A stretch of DNA of 64,000 nucleotides, taken from the IMG/VR virus record IMGVR_UViG_3300037423_000960, positions 1-64,000 of that record; one strand, written 5' to 3'. Source of the stretch: a virus. Lineage: Duplodnaviria; Caudoviricetes. The notes beneath the pieces were generated by a model that was given only the letters and a program-made list of their open reading frames with translations, was not told the origin of the DNA and made no database searches. Made by a program: the position numbers and the translations under genes. Shown piece by piece: positions 45,001 to 54,361 of this stretch (its first letter is position 1; each line of letters opens with the position of its first letter).

Positions 45001-47521
45001 ACTTAGCGCGAGTCTCAAGATCAGTGATGCCGTTCATCGCCTGATCGATAGCGGCATTGATGTCGTCCTGAGCTTTTTCGGCTGCGGTTTTGCCGTGTTT
45101 CTTCTTCTTTCCGGTTTGTGCGGGAGCGCCTCCCATAATTCCGGGAGTACGCTGCGAGTGAAGAATAGTAGCGTTGCGATCTACATTCTTAGCGAAGTCA
45201 GAAAATCTGTTAGTTCCTAGGCGACCTAGCTGAGCGGCATTGTCTAGATAAGCCGACATCTTGCCGGTAATTTCTTTGAGAGGAGAGTTATCCCCCTCTG
45301 CCTTCTGGATCATCTCAAGAACACCGAGGTTCTTGTACATAATGGCAGCTTGATTAGAATTTTGGGGTGCCTGCAACTCTCCCGTAGGAGTCAGAACATT
45401 TCGGAGCGCTCTCGCAGTAGTCGGATCTTTAATGATAGTACCGCCGACCGTGACTCTACCACCCTCAAAGTTGATCTTGTTGTAATCACTAGCGGGAGCA
45501 GAAAATAGGGTGTGGCCTCCCATCGTCCAACCGCTCGGTCGTACGTCAACACCGGAAGAAAGTGTCGCCATATTAGCTTGTAGCTTGAGAGAAATAACTT
45601 CCCTCAACTTCTGTGCTTGAATGGTGAGAGTTCCGTTAGTAGCCGCTAGCTTCTGCTCCATCACAGTCTCTGCGTCTGCCGCGATGTTACTCGCGTTAGC
45701 GGACTGGCGAACTAGATCATTAGCCTCCTCGATCTTATCATTGAACTGACTGAGAATAACGATCGCTGCCGTAATGGCTGCTGCAACTGCGATCCATGGA
45801 TTGGCGAGAAGGAGCGCCCAGAGTGATTTAAAGACTCCTATGACAGAAGTGCCTTGAGTACCGATACTCCCTAGACCAGCAGCCATCGCTTCCATAGTAG
45901 TCATGGAAGGCTTCATCACAGCAGTCAGAGCGCCGACAGCTCCCTGAGCGAGAGTAAGCGTAGAAAGCCATTTGATTGTGGAGGTTATCGCAGAACCGAG
46001 GATTATTGCGCCGACAAGATTAATGTTGTCTCCTAGAAACTTGAAGGCTGAGCCCAGAGCCGACATCGCTGTTCCGAGAGCCTTCGACTCTAGGAGTTTT
46101 CTAAGCGAGTCTGTGATTTTGATTATGCCATCATTCAGACCGCTAGATCCGAGACCGGAAGCAGCCATCGTAAAAGAATTACGCAGACGATTGAAGGCAC
46201 CTTCAATCGTGTTAGACATCTTCTCAGCAGAGCCTGCGAATTCTACCTGAAGAGAATTAGCGACATCAATAATCGCTCTCTTCATCTTCTCTCCGCTGAC
46301 GGCACCTTTCTTGAGCGCTTGATCAAGCTCACCCGGCTTGACCATCTTAAGTGCAACAGCAAAACGAGTAAACGCACCGGGAAGGCGATCACCTAGCTGA
46401 CCGCGAAGTTCTTCTGCCTGAATCTTACCTTTGGACATCATCTGTCCAAGGGCGCGAAACACGCCGTCTACGTCAGCCGTGCTGAGCTGAAGTGCGCGCG
46501 CGGCAGTGCTGAAACCGGTGAAAACGTCCTTAGCTTCTGCCATCGTCATGCTGGTTCCCTTGATGGAACCGAGGAAGAACCCGTATGACTTAGCCGTAGA
46601 GACTATTTCTAGTCCTAGTTTGTTAGCGAAACCGATTAGAAAGTCGAACTGATATGCTGCCTCCTTAGCAGATCCTGTGGCAGCTTCTAGCTGCGCTTTG
46701 ATCTGGATGATGTCGTTGATTGCGTTGACAACAACTCGCCCCGCGAGGATACCGCCGAGAGCGTTCCAGGCAGTCTGTGTCCTGTAGAGAGCCGTTTGTA
46801 AAAGACCATTCGTCTTAGCGAGGCTCATGAAGCCCTGCTCAGCCTGCTTAGTATTCGCACGGATGTTGATGCTGGAGGGTGCAGATCCCTTCAGTGAGTT
46901 GAGAGAGCCCCGCGCAGCGTTGGCCGCTAGAGTAATCTTCTCAAGTGCGCGAACCGTCGCAGCCATTCCAGGTCCAGCTTTGAAGCTGTTTAGGGCTGCC
47001 AGGAGACTCATGACGTTGCGGCCAGCCGCAGCGGTAGGACCACGGAAGGCTGAAAGTGCAGCGAGAGTTCCCGCCAGACCTCGAGGTGAGGAATAGCTAC
47101 TCGCAAATCTCAGAGCATTAAGTACAGAGAGAGTATTCTTTCCAGCCGTGGCGCTAGGACCACGATAGCCTGAAATAGCGGCGAGCAATCCGGCGAGGCC
47201 GGTGACACGACCGAGATTGAGAGAGCCAACCGACTTGAGACCCTGAAGAAAGATGATCGCGTTACGGACAGCAGCGTCACTCGGGGCACGGAAGTTACGA
47301 AACGCGTCACTCAACGACTTGATGGAGTTAATCGCCGCCTCGCTGACGGGACGAGCGTTCTGCTGCATAGAGGCGAAGGAAGACGAAGCCTTCTTCGCAG
47401 CGGCACTGACGCCACCCTCCATACGATCTGCAGCAGCCTTAATCGCGTCGAAGCTCTTGACGATGCGATCTGCACCGGCTTCTGCACCACTACCATCAAT
47501 TTCTAGCTGATAGGTACTCAT
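42008..47521 (-). CDS. Tape measure protein
   Basis: 1837 aa, Ala/Gly-rich; QMMSKGKIQAEELRGQLGDRLPGA tape-measure motif; follows the tail chaperones. Confidence 0.92.
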   Translation of the reverse strand: MSTYQLEIDGSGAEAGADRIVKSFDAIKAAADRMEGGVSAAAKKASSSFASMQQNARPVSEAAINSIKSLSDAFRNFRAPSDAAVRNAIIFLQGLKSVGSLNLGRVTGLAGLLAAISGYRGPSATAGKNTLSVLNALRFASSYSSPRGLAGTLAALSAFRGPTAAAGRNVMSLLAALNSFKAGPGMAATVRALEKITLAANAARGSLNSLKGSAPSSINIRANTKQAEQGFMSLAKTNGLLQTALYRTQTAWNALGGILAGRVVVNAINDIIQIKAQLEAATGSAKEAAYQFDFLIGFANKLGLEIVSTAKSYGFFLGSIKGTSMTMAEAKDVFTGFSTAARALQLSTADVDGVFRALGQMMSKGKIQAEELRGQLGDRLPGAFTRFAVALKMVKPGELDQALKKGAVSGEKMKRAIIDVANSLQVEFAGSAEKMSNTIEGAFNRLRNSFTMAASGLGSSGLNDGIIKITDSLRKLLESKALGTAMSALGSAFKFLGDNINLVGAIILGSAITSTIKWLSTLTLAQGAVGALTAVMKPSMTTMEAMAAGLGSIGTQGTSVIGVFKSLWALLLANPWIAVAAAITAAIVILSQFNDKIEEANDLVRQSANASNIAADAETVMEQKLAATNGTLTIQAQKLREVISLKLQANMATLSSGVDVRPSGWTMGGHTLFSAPASDYNKINFEGGRVTVGGTIIKDPTTARALRNVLTPTGELQAPQNSNQAAIMYKNLGVLEMIQKAEGDNSPLKEITGKMSAYLDNAAQLGRLGTNRFSDFAKNVDRNATILHSQRTPGIMGGAPAQTGKKKKHGKTAAEKAQDDINAAIDQAMNGITDLETRAKSVSESISALLSGSFDKAGAAAHNAAVDQEKSFEDAIKGPENKIKGVLQLAHQLGLDVSGKTVAEQYQSAKEAVIGYMEQRQKASAEAKADQKVATDIVGLRADNEAQKGYIDLLNVKGTTMAAANRQLEIQNMLEGTSLENRPKLRAELEKELALRDQLKRSLEATNAQRDFENQQALDRALSPMYKSGMKSEDIDYYKEMLQYRQELIDNDWTGDELRKQVNLKAATLNEARAMKQLTDQYEKANQTAADMADAIVGGFRDGIDAGNNFLDIFKNIFKQLSKIILDFVLYNPMKQWLQQSLSQVLAPQATAGFGGIGTPGTGTTNSYASGQGLIGSVVNSVMGNVLNGGGLSPPGTVAGGRLRYDQNGDLVANSAGAGSTVGDAIIVTGSRLGGSRVDTNAPIPAAGGSRQLSMFTNITNTLSAAKDGMKAFGNFLKTGKGASAGISGAIGAAGTAFAAYQIGSQIGKSVTKALGIKGRAGNVVSGAMGGAAAGFVLGGPVGAAVGAVIGGVIGLFKKVPKLPSSFGNVRVDNTGTARVGATGTYGPADAAIGKSAASSGASLFNQFALQYGAQLKPGNFGTFGQATWKIPGPNNNDQYFYSLTGNMSKGKPTGVMGRDWFRSTDQSEVQAWALIHQANRGMITGLTDTLKTIFKNTKASNMDQLQSDLQIGQAYDEFVKGSFALPDVLTKIRDLNEAFYKLKQQAASLGLSEDKLSKARGRLMDQMKSDFNYQINQGILGYTNPAQAAYNDLVKEYHDAVQTAMAVGGDLNAVEDYYGRKRADLAKKWADTATNGLVSAAKDLYDQLTASSSSPLNATTILGNSRDLYSGLIGQFNVGDFSNVDKLSTYAQNYLDAARTMYGSSTDYFDIFKQVTDQLALYESPGGSGIPGGVGTAPDLPSLDDMVQEINQQSLEMIDAMGIVGQAVVEGSVNIVDAINNLAIALGQKIPVTTPTGPTSGGTGVGSTGGTGGTSSVYGSSGPSTSLVDRNNVKML

Positions 47522-47862
47522 TAGCCACCAAGCCTCGCCGGAGGTTGACCCTGAGTATTATCCTTATTCTTCTGTTTCGTACCCCAGTCCTTCATGAAGA
47601 CCGCGTCGAGTCGCTGGACGTGGTACATGAAGTCATCTCTGTCGTCTGCGTCGTGAATATCGCGGAAGAGACAATAGGCTGTGATGTCGCTGACGGAGAT
47701 AGGTTGGGGGGAGCCCATGCCGTACTGACGAGAAGTAGATAGACACATAAAACCTTCCCATATCCACTGCAAGTCCCGGAACATCTCAGGCTTGCTGTTT
47801 AGTACGGGGAAGAGCGAGGGGTCCTCACCTCTCGCCAGTATGTCTTCCTCCATCTTTTCCAA
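47521..47862 (-). CDS. Tail assembly chaperone, downstream (T) segment, probably expressed as a -1 frameshift fusion
   Basis: The frame stays open back to the slippery site at 47910-47904. Confidence 0.75.
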   Translation of the reverse strand: MEKMEEDILARGEDPSLFPVLNSKPEMFRDLQWIWEGFMCLSTSRQYGMGSPQPISVSDITAYCLFRDIHDADDRDDFMYHVQRLDAVFMKDWGTKQKNKDNTQGQPPARLGG

Positions 47863-47900
47863 GTCAGGCTTGGGCTTGAGCTCCCACTTGAGGAGCTCCT

Positions 47901-48314
47901 CTAGTTTTTTCTAGCGTTCTCCCGCTGTTCCTTCTCGAACGTGGTGCGTTCCATCGCCGCCGTGAGGACGTCGTCACGGAAGTCCGGAAAGCGCTCGACC
48001 ATTGCGAGAGCATTCTCTTCGCTGAATGGGAACTCTTCCTTGGGATTGTCTGGGTTCGGAACACCCTCCCAGCCGACAATGACGGAGCCGGCGACCTGCT
48101 TATTCAGGAGCTGCTCCTGAAGAGAGTCGGGCATCTCGCGATTACGAAACTGTGCGATGTAAGGCTTCTCGAGCTTGCGGCGATACTCGCGCGAAGCCTT
48201 GGAGGTGAGCCGACGAACCTGTACCTTGAGACCGTCGCCGAAATCTACCCAGACACCGGACTCTTCGAGACTCCGGTCCGTGTTGTAGCGATCTAGAAAA
48301 CCAGCCATGAGCAT
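47901..48314 (-). CDS. Tail assembly chaperone (G-like)
   Basis: EESGVWVDFGDGLKVQVRR...GWEGV pattern; between the tail tube and TMP genes. Confidence 0.8.
   Translation of the reverse strand: MLMAGFLDRYNTDRSLEESGVWVDFGDGLKVQVRRLTSKASREYRRKLEKPYIAQFRNREMPDSLQEQLLNKQVAGSVIVGWEGVPNPDNPKEEFPFSEENALAMVERFPDFRDDVLTAAMERTTFEKEQRENARKN
47904..47910 (-). other. -1 programmed ribosomal frameshift site A-AAA-AAC
   Basis: AGA AAA AAC TAG; a -1 slip reads KKLEELLKWELKPKPDLEKMEEDIL into the downstream ORF. Confidence 0.8.
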
Positions 48315-48338
48315 TCCTTCTCTTTCAGTCTATCTTTA

Positions 48339-48370
48339 GGTCAGCTCGCTCAGGAGGAGACGAGCTGACC
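48339..48370. other. 10-bp-stem hairpin at the predicted 5' end of the chaperone-TMP transcript
   Basis: GGTCAGCTCG / CGAGCTGACC; no U-tract. Confidence 0.6.
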
Positions 48371-48373
48371 TAA

Positions 48374-48402
48374 ACCTTATGCGCTCCGTGTTCGGTTGAC
48401 AA
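48374..48402 (-). promoter_or_regulatory. TTGTCA-class promoter for the chaperone-TMP-fibre genes
   Basis: TTGTCA-N17-TAAGGT. Confidence 0.6.
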
Positions 48403-48407
48403 GTACC

Positions 48408-49913
48408 TTAGAGACAGTAGTCGAACCGAGACAGAAGGAGAGTATAGTCGCGAGAATTTGCAATGTCACGAAGCGCCTGGAAGCCAAGCGGCGTCGTGAG
48501 ATCTGTGTCGATGCCCGGAACTTCCGGGAAACCAGAAGTGTACTTGAGACGAGGAATGTCCCAGACCTCTGCACAATTATTGGCGGCGTCACGGAAGGCG
48601 ATCGTCACGCCCGAAGCCGTGGTGTTCCGCAGCTTGTTGAGAAGCGTCTCGTCACCAAAGTAAGTGGTAAGCGTCCCGGTGATAGCTGCACGACCTAGAC
48701 CCAGACCAACCGCCCCGGCCGAACCGATCCCATTGCGAGCACGAAGACCATTGTCGAGCGTGAACGCGAAACCGCTGACATAGTTCGGAGCACCCATCGG
48801 GGCACCGGCTTCCATGATCATGGGGACGGAATTAGAAGCGTCCAGCACGGAATTCGTGCTGATTGCCTCAGTCGCAGCACCCGCGTCACGAGTGGCGGAC
48901 GGAGCAGAGAGATCAGCACCCATCCAGGTCAGAGTCGAGGTCACGACACCGCGAGTTTCTGCCGTGAGGCTGAAGGCCGAGGGCTGCTGACCAGAGGCGT
49001 ACGACCAGCGCTGACCAGCCGCGAGGGTGTACTCCTTCTCGACACGATACGTGAACTGCGAAGTTCCCGTGCGAATAGTGTCACCGTAGTAGACACGAAT
49101 CGTCTTGCCGGTACCCGTATCGGCCGTGAAGACGCCCTGCGTGATGTCGAAGCTGAGACGATTAGCAGCGATGGCGCTGATGCGAGCGAAACCATTGTTC
49201 GCCGCAGTGCCGAACGAATAGTTTCCGCCCTCGTTGGAGATCTTCACCCACTGACCAACGATAAGACCGAGCGTGGTGAAGTTCAGAGTCGTCGAGGTGA
49301 GAGCAGATCCGCCGGTGATGGTGGCGACGATGTCTCCGCTAGCACCCTGAAAACCGACGACCTTAGTACGAGCAGTCGCTGGAGGAGAGGCCTCGACCGT
49401 GAAGGTGCCGACGATAGTCGTAGCAGTGTTGCCGGTGATGGGGAAGAGACCGTTATTCGCAGCAACGCCGTATCCGGTATTGCGAATAAGCATGTTGGCG
49501 ACGAAGGCCGTACCAGTCGCGTTATTCTGTGAACCGGCGAGGACCGAACTCGCTGCGAGGGTGATGGCCGTGGCTGAGACGGACGAGATGCGAGTTGCGC
49601 TCGCACCATACTCCCAGTGAGCGCCATTGGCAACCTCGGGAGTGCGAAGCCAGTTGTTGCAGAAGAGACCCTCGAGGAACACGTCCATGTTCTCGATGGA
49701 GTGCTCCATCGCCATGTCGCCACCGGCATCTCGGCCGGTGTTGATGAGGTCGTTGATCTGACGAGTCGGATCGATCTCCGCCGACACTTCGTTAGTCGGT
49801 GTGAAGCTCAACGCATCGGATGTGCGACGCACTTCCTTGTACACGGGATTCGCTGGGGCAACACCGAAGGAAGTTTCCTTGGCGACCCGGAGTGCGGTCC
49901 GATTACTGTCCAT
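48408..49913 (-). CDS. Major tail tube protein
   Basis: 501 aa; NRTALRVAKETSFG...SAEID..RQ...GGD and ITGTLTTYF motifs; GC3-rich. Confidence 0.85.
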   Translation of the reverse strand: MDSNRTALRVAKETSFGVAPANPVYKEVRRTSDALSFTPTNEVSAEIDPTRQINDLINTGRDAGGDMAMEHSIENMDVFLEGLFCNNWLRTPEVANGAHWEYGASATRISSVSATAITLAASSVLAGSQNNATGTAFVANMLIRNTGYGVAANNGLFPITGNTATTIVGTFTVEASPPATARTKVVGFQGASGDIVATITGGSALTSTTLNFTTLGLIVGQWVKISNEGGNYSFGTAANNGFARISAIAANRLSFDITQGVFTADTGTGKTIRVYYGDTIRTGTSQFTYRVEKEYTLAAGQRWSYASGQQPSAFSLTAETRGVVTSTLTWMGADLSAPSATRDAGAATEAISTNSVLDASNSVPMIMEAGAPMGAPNYVSGFAFTLDNGLRARNGIGSAGAVGLGLGRAAITGTLTTYFGDETLLNKLRNTTASGVTIAFRDAANNCAEVWDIPRLKYTSGFPEVPGIDTDLTTPLGFQALRDIANSRDYTLLLSRFDYCL

Positions 49914-49938
49914 CAGTAAGGCCTCCTGACTTTGCTAT

Positions 49939-49967
49939 GCCATACCTCCAAACGTGGAGAGATACAA
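49939..49967 (-). promoter_or_regulatory. Promoter TTGTAT-N17-TATGGC for the tail tube gene
   Basis: Intergenic, followed by an AGGAGG RBS. Confidence 0.45.
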
Positions 49968-49970
49968 GCG

Positions 49971-50417
49971 TTATTTTTCGACTAACTGATCCCGATAAAA
50001 CGGGGCTTCGAACACGTAGCGATCCCAGTTATCGTCAAGGTTCGCAGCGCGAACTTCGTTTGTTGCGAGAACGCGACTGGACGGGGTCTGAAACTTAATT
50101 AGCTCACCATCGTCAGTGAGAATCTCCAGCATCTCGTAGGCATCAGCCCACCTATCGGCAAGCTGTCGTGATCTCGTAGTGCCTTGATCCTGTGGAGTGT
50201 AGATGTCGATCTGCATGGTACCAAGATGTCGCTTGAAGAAAGTGCGACCGACTCCGTGACGAATGACTCCTCTCTCCACGAGATTGTACACACAGAAGAG
50301 GGTAGAAGACGGAGTCTCGAAGGACTGGTTCGGCCACGCGATCTGTTGTCCAACGTCGGGCTCAGCTAGCGTCTTAAAATGCGCTGCGACGGCTTTGCGT
50401 TCAGTTTCCTTCGACAC
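49971..50417 (-). CDS. Tail terminator protein
   Basis: IAWPNQSF...GTMQIDIYTP..QGT motif; immediately upstream of the tube gene. Confidence 0.75.
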   Translation of the reverse strand: MSKETERKAVAAHFKTLAEPDVGQQIAWPNQSFETPSSTLFCVYNLVERGVIRHGVGRTFFKRHLGTMQIDIYTPQDQGTTRSRQLADRWADAYEMLEILTDDGELIKFQTPSSRVLATNEVRAANLDDNWDRYVFEAPFYRDQLVEK

Positions 50418-50928
50418 GCTTGATAAATCCCATCATGGAGTACTGTAGGAGAGTCTCTCCTCGCCTAGTCATACCGCTCGGCGGCGTACGAGACTTGTGA
50501 TCCGCTGTTGCATAGGTCCCGTACTCGACATCGCTGAAGTGAGCTAGATTGTTGTTGAGGTAGATGCTCTGAAACGGGTTGGCTCTCACAGAGCTGAGAA
50601 GAATCTCGAACTCTTCCTGAACCTTCTGGGCGTTGGCACGGCGTCTAGGCTCGCTTCCGAGAGGAAGATCGCTGGTCTTACCGGGAAGAGCAGGATCTAC
50701 GACGGCTCCACGAGTGGACGTGTTCGGCGACCCAAGACTCCAACGAAAGTTAACGAGGGTGCGACCGGTGTAGACGGGTGTCTCGAGGATGGACTTCTGC
50801 ATATCGGTAAGGCCGACCGTCAGCCGCGCAACAAGCGTCTCACGTATGTCCCGCACCGCTTCCTTGCCGAGATTTGAGAATCCTCGGGGTCTACGAAACT
50901 TTGATCTCATCATAGCCTGCGCGGTCAT
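50401..50928 (-). CDS. Tail completion protein (HK97 gp10-like)
   Basis: TPVYTGR...NFRWS...IYLNNNL...VEYGT motif. Confidence 0.75.
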   Translation of the reverse strand: MTAQAMMRSKFRRPRGFSNLGKEAVRDIRETLVARLTVGLTDMQKSILETPVYTGRTLVNFRWSLGSPNTSTRGAVVDPALPGKTSDLPLGSEPRRRANAQKVQEEFEILLSSVRANPFQSIYLNNNLAHFSDVEYGTYATADHKSRTPPSGMTRRGETLLQYSMMGFIKRVEGN

Positions 50929-51296
50929 GCGCGCCTCGCGAAGATGATGTACAATTCAGGAATAGGCTTTGACATGAGAACGTTCCAACGCTCGCCAGTC
51001 TCCATGACGATAGAGTCATTCTCAGTGGGCGTCAGCTCCCCAAGATCTACCGCAGGAACTAAGAACTTCGAGTCTAGTACCGAGACCGGCGAAGCTTCTC
51101 GCTCCTGCAACGTGATGGCAGAAGGTAGAAAACGAACTCCCGTGAGAGTAGTCGTAGTATCCGACTTCGTGTCCGTTACAGGATCGTAAGATCCGTTACC
51201 GGTCTTACTCGTGTAAGTACCAGTCCTGACTAGCTCCTCCGCGACGGAGAAGGCGGTCTCGACACTACTCGAGACAATATCTCTGAGGCCCTTCAT
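50925..51296 (-). CDS. Head closure / head-tail adaptor
   Basis: G.YDPVT motif; neck-gene position. Confidence 0.7.
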   Translation of the reverse strand: MKGLRDIVSSSVETAFSVAEELVRTGTYTSKTGNGSYDPVTDTKSDTTTTLTGVRFLPSAITLQEREASPVSVLDSKFLVPAVDLGELTPTENDSIVMETGERWNVLMSKPIPELYIIFARRA

Positions 51297-51824
51297 CTAA
51301 CCTACTATGACCTTACGTACTCGGGTGCCTAACGTGTATTCTCCGAGGCCGCGCAGCGCCAGCAAAGCGGCGGCTGGTACGGGCGCGTTTACCCTAGAGC
51401 CTCCATTTTGGGCACTGGAAAACTGAATCTCTATGACATCTACTTTGACGCGGTCCACGCCAGTCGAGGAGGGAGCTGCGAAAGGATCTCCTCGACTGGC
51501 GAATACAGCCATCTCAAAAGTTGCGATCTTAACCTTCTTCGGAACCACGCTGTCGGAGATGAGACGCCCCTCATCATCTACGACGAGAGAGCGAGGCCAG
51601 CCGAGCGCCTGAGTAGAACTCTTGATGACTCCACGCCATCTGATGAGAGTGTCTAGCTGAGCAGTAGCGGCAACGAGAAGGTTAGCCCGATCTGGCTCTC
51701 CGAGATCAGACCAGTTGTCCGAGTAGAAAGGGTGACTGGCGAAATAGTCATCTGCCTCTGCCTCAGAGACGTAGGAGTTCGAGTCGGCGAGACCAGAGCC
51801 ATCCTCCACTACCAGATCGACCAT
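51297..51824 (-). CDS. Head-tail connector (DnaT-like)
   Basis: LVVEDGSGLADSNSYVS..EAD.YF...QALGWPR signature. Confidence 0.8.
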   Translation of the reverse strand: MVDLVVEDGSGLADSNSYVSEAEADDYFASHPFYSDNWSDLGEPDRANLLVAATAQLDTLIRWRGVIKSSTQALGWPRSLVVDDEGRLISDSVVPKKVKIATFEMAVFASRGDPFAAPSSTGVDRVKVDVIEIQFSSAQNGGSRVNAPVPAAALLALRGLGEYTLGTRVRKVIVG

Positions 51825-51842
51825 CTCAAACTCCTTTACACG

Positions 51843-51871
51843 AACATAGCACTAGAGGGGTCTCTTGACTA
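51843..51871 (-). promoter_or_regulatory. Variant promoter TAGTCA-N17-TATGTT for the neck genes
   Basis: One mismatch to TTGTCA; GC before the -10; AAGGAG RBS downstream. Confidence 0.5.
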
Positions 51872-53026
51872 GCCTACGATGTAGGCGCGGCCGAAGGGCG
51901 AAGCCTGTGGTGCGGACGTTGGGACTACTGTACTCACAGCCATTCCTCCCGGCTCGACAAAAGTTCTAACACCAGAGATTTCGGACACTAGGTATCCGTC
52001 GGGAGTGACGTAGACGCGAGTGACTGGTGTAAGGGTGCCTTCAGTCACGTTAAGGACTGTAACTGTCAGAGTGGAAATCTTCGGAGAACCCGAAGCACCC
52101 GAGAGAGTTTCAGTTACCTGAATATTGTAGCTGGTCGTTGTCTCGTAGTCCAGACCAGCACCGGCTGCGAGATACACTCCATAGCTCTGGCCAGAGATTA
52201 AGGAGAGAGTAAATCGTCCGCCCGCGCTGTCCGTCAAGGCTAGCGAAGAAGCCGGATCAGTGGACGTTATCGTACCAACTAGAATTCCTGGCGCTGCTGT
52301 CTCTGGAACGCTGCCTCCAGAAGTCCAACCGAGGGTCTGAAGAGCAACCGCAGGAGTCCACTCAAGAATTATGAGACCTGCCCGACCCGCGCCTCCAGCA
52401 TTGCCAGATTTTCTCCCGCCTCCTCCACCTCCTCCGTACAGTCCCGCTGCTCCGCCCGGTCCCTGTGAGGTCGCCGCGTTACCTCCGCCTCCCGCACCAG
52501 CTTGAGCGCTCGTAGAAGTATCTGTCCAGAACGTTCCGTTAGTAGCGGCTGGAACGGTACCGTTGTTTCCTGTGCCACCTGTAGAAGTGGTCGCTGTCGC
52601 ACCAGCGCCGGAAGGTCCAGCCGCTCCTCCGCCTCCACCAGAGCCAGAGCCTGCTCCCGAACCACCAGCGTAAGTTTGATCGCCTATCGAGTTAGCAGTA
52701 GTAGCTCCGGTCTGGGAGGCAGTACCAGCCGCGCGTACCGTCGTGTTGGAGGTGACCCAAGTGTGAGCTGTTCCTCCGGGAACCGTGACTGTCCCACCTA
52801 CTACACCGATCTGACAGGAGGCCGTTCCTCCAGCAGTGAGAGCAACATTTGCCTTGCGAGCGTAGGCTCCGCCGCCTCCACCCGCGGCGATCGTTCCAGA
52901 ACCTGTGCCCGTTCCGGCGCTACCATTCGCACCGGCTCCGATGCAGTGGACGACGTTGTTGGAATTGTTCCAGTCGTTCGGGACCGAGAACGTAGAACCA
53001 GAAGTTATGATCTTAAACTTAGGCAC
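51869..53026 (-). CDS. Gly-rich virion protein with a C-terminal cadherin-like Ig domain
   Basis: GAGANG..AAGGGGGAYA Gly-rich domain; SVPETAAPG..VGTI...LDYETTTSYNIQVT cadherin signature. Confidence 0.7.
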   Translation of the reverse strand: MPKFKIITSGSTFSVPNDWNNSNNVVHCIGAGANGSAGTGTGSGTIAAGGGGGAYARKANVALTAGGTASCQIGVVGGTVTVPGGTAHTWVTSNTTVRAAGTASQTGATTANSIGDQTYAGGSGAGSGSGGGGGAAGPSGAGATATTSTGGTGNNGTVPAATNGTFWTDTSTSAQAGAGGGGNAATSQGPGGAAGLYGGGGGGGRKSGNAGGAGRAGLIILEWTPAVALQTLGWTSGGSVPETAAPGILVGTITSTDPASSLALTDSAGGRFTLSLISGQSYGVYLAAGAGLDYETTTSYNIQVTETLSGASGSPKISTLTVTVLNVTEGTLTPVTRVYVTPDGYLVSEISGVRTFVEPGGMAVSTVVPTSAPQASPFGRAYIVG

Positions 53027-53035
53027 GATCTTGTC

Positions 53036-54361
53036 CTAAGTAATATCAGCGAGAGGATCTACGTAGACTACTCCGCTTGACTTCGCATACTTGACCCTCC
53101 AGCGAATAAGCCCTGTCATCCAGGGTGTGAACTGAACTACTAGCTTCTGCGCTACGGGAGAAGCCAGACCTGAAGTATTCCAGGTCGCCGCGTCAGCGTC
53201 CTGAGCCGAGACGGTAGCTAGAAGAGACACGGGAGCGTCAGATACGAAATTAGGGATGTATGAGCCACTCGTACCAAAGTACTCGGCCTCAACCCAGATG
53301 TCATTGTTATTAAGAGTCACACCGTCGGTAAGAACGTGGACGGTGAGAGTCTTTGTAACACCGACATAGTCATTCCACACAACCCCGTCGTAAGTCTGAA
53401 ATGGCCTAGTCGGCGTATTGTACGTCGCACCGGTGATCTTCCAGGAGTAGGGAGTAGTGCCGTCGGAAGCGCCTCCTGATCTCACTACCGAATTCTCAGT
53501 GTCTAGAATGGCACCCTGCTCTTGGAGTCTGCTGCGAACGAAGTTCGTACCCTCGTAACAGTTCAACATCTCGAATCGCATCGCCGTTGTGTTGACTCCC
53601 CAATGCCAGAAGAAAGGGGATGGGAGCTTACAACCATGCAGAAGCGCGCGATAGCCGCTTCCGTTCTGAAACATGGCGCTAGATCCCAGAGGAGTGAAGT
53701 CAACCCCGATAAACTCAAGATATGTTTGAGTGAGAGTGGCGAAGAGCATACCCCCGCCACCAATGATAATTCCACCAGGAAAGAAAGAGACCCCGGGATC
53801 GTTCCTAATGCGGAACTTGATAGTCTGTAGAACCCACATCGCGGTAGTCGACTGATCACTAGACACTGAGCAATTCAGTAGCTCCAGAATGTAGCCTCCC
53901 GGGAAGAATCCGGCGTTAATGGCCGTGTGCTTAAGATTGAATTGACATCTCTCAAAGGTGCGGAATCCCGCTGCTCCACCTGGAAGCGTTAATCTGGTAG
54001 CGACTGCAGATCCAACACCGACGTTGAAGATAATGCCGTAGAAGTAGTTAACCGCTCCGCTAGAACCTACATTCACAGTAGCTGTAAGATTAATGACAGC
54101 AGTCGTACGAAGATCTGCATCTACAGGCGGGACGCTGCCGCCGCGATCTACGCAGAAGACACGATCAGGGACGTTGGCGGTTCCCTTGAAGTCCAGAGAA
54201 GTTGCCGGATTATTCTCAACGTGATCGTGAGCAACGAAGTAGGTGTCTCCAGCCGCAGCAGCGGCATTCGCAGTCGCAGACGTCAGAAGAGTGAAGGCGT
54301 TGGTCCAACTCGTCCCGTCACCCGTACCAGTCGCACCACTCCAGACATACCAGTTCGCCAT
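53036..54361 (-). CDS. Putative virion structural protein (beta-helix-like)
   Basis: WYVWSGATG.GDGTSW.NA...GDTYFV..DH motif; structural cluster. Confidence 0.65.
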   Translation of the reverse strand: MANWYVWSGATGTGDGTSWTNAFTLLTSATANAAAAAGDTYFVAHDHVENNPATSLDFKGTANVPDRVFCVDRGGSVPPVDADLRTTAVINLTATVNVGSSGAVNYFYGIIFNVGVGSAVATRLTLPGGAAGFRTFERCQFNLKHTAINAGFFPGGYILELLNCSVSSDQSTTAMWVLQTIKFRIRNDPGVSFFPGGIIIGGGGMLFATLTQTYLEFIGVDFTPLGSSAMFQNGSGYRALLHGCKLPSPFFWHWGVNTTAMRFEMLNCYEGTNFVRSRLQEQGAILDTENSVVRSGGASDGTTPYSWKITGATYNTPTRPFQTYDGVVWNDYVGVTKTLTVHVLTDGVTLNNNDIWVEAEYFGTSGSYIPNFVSDAPVSLLATVSAQDADAATWNTSGLASPVAQKLVVQFTPWMTGLIRWRVKYAKSSGVVYVDPLADIT

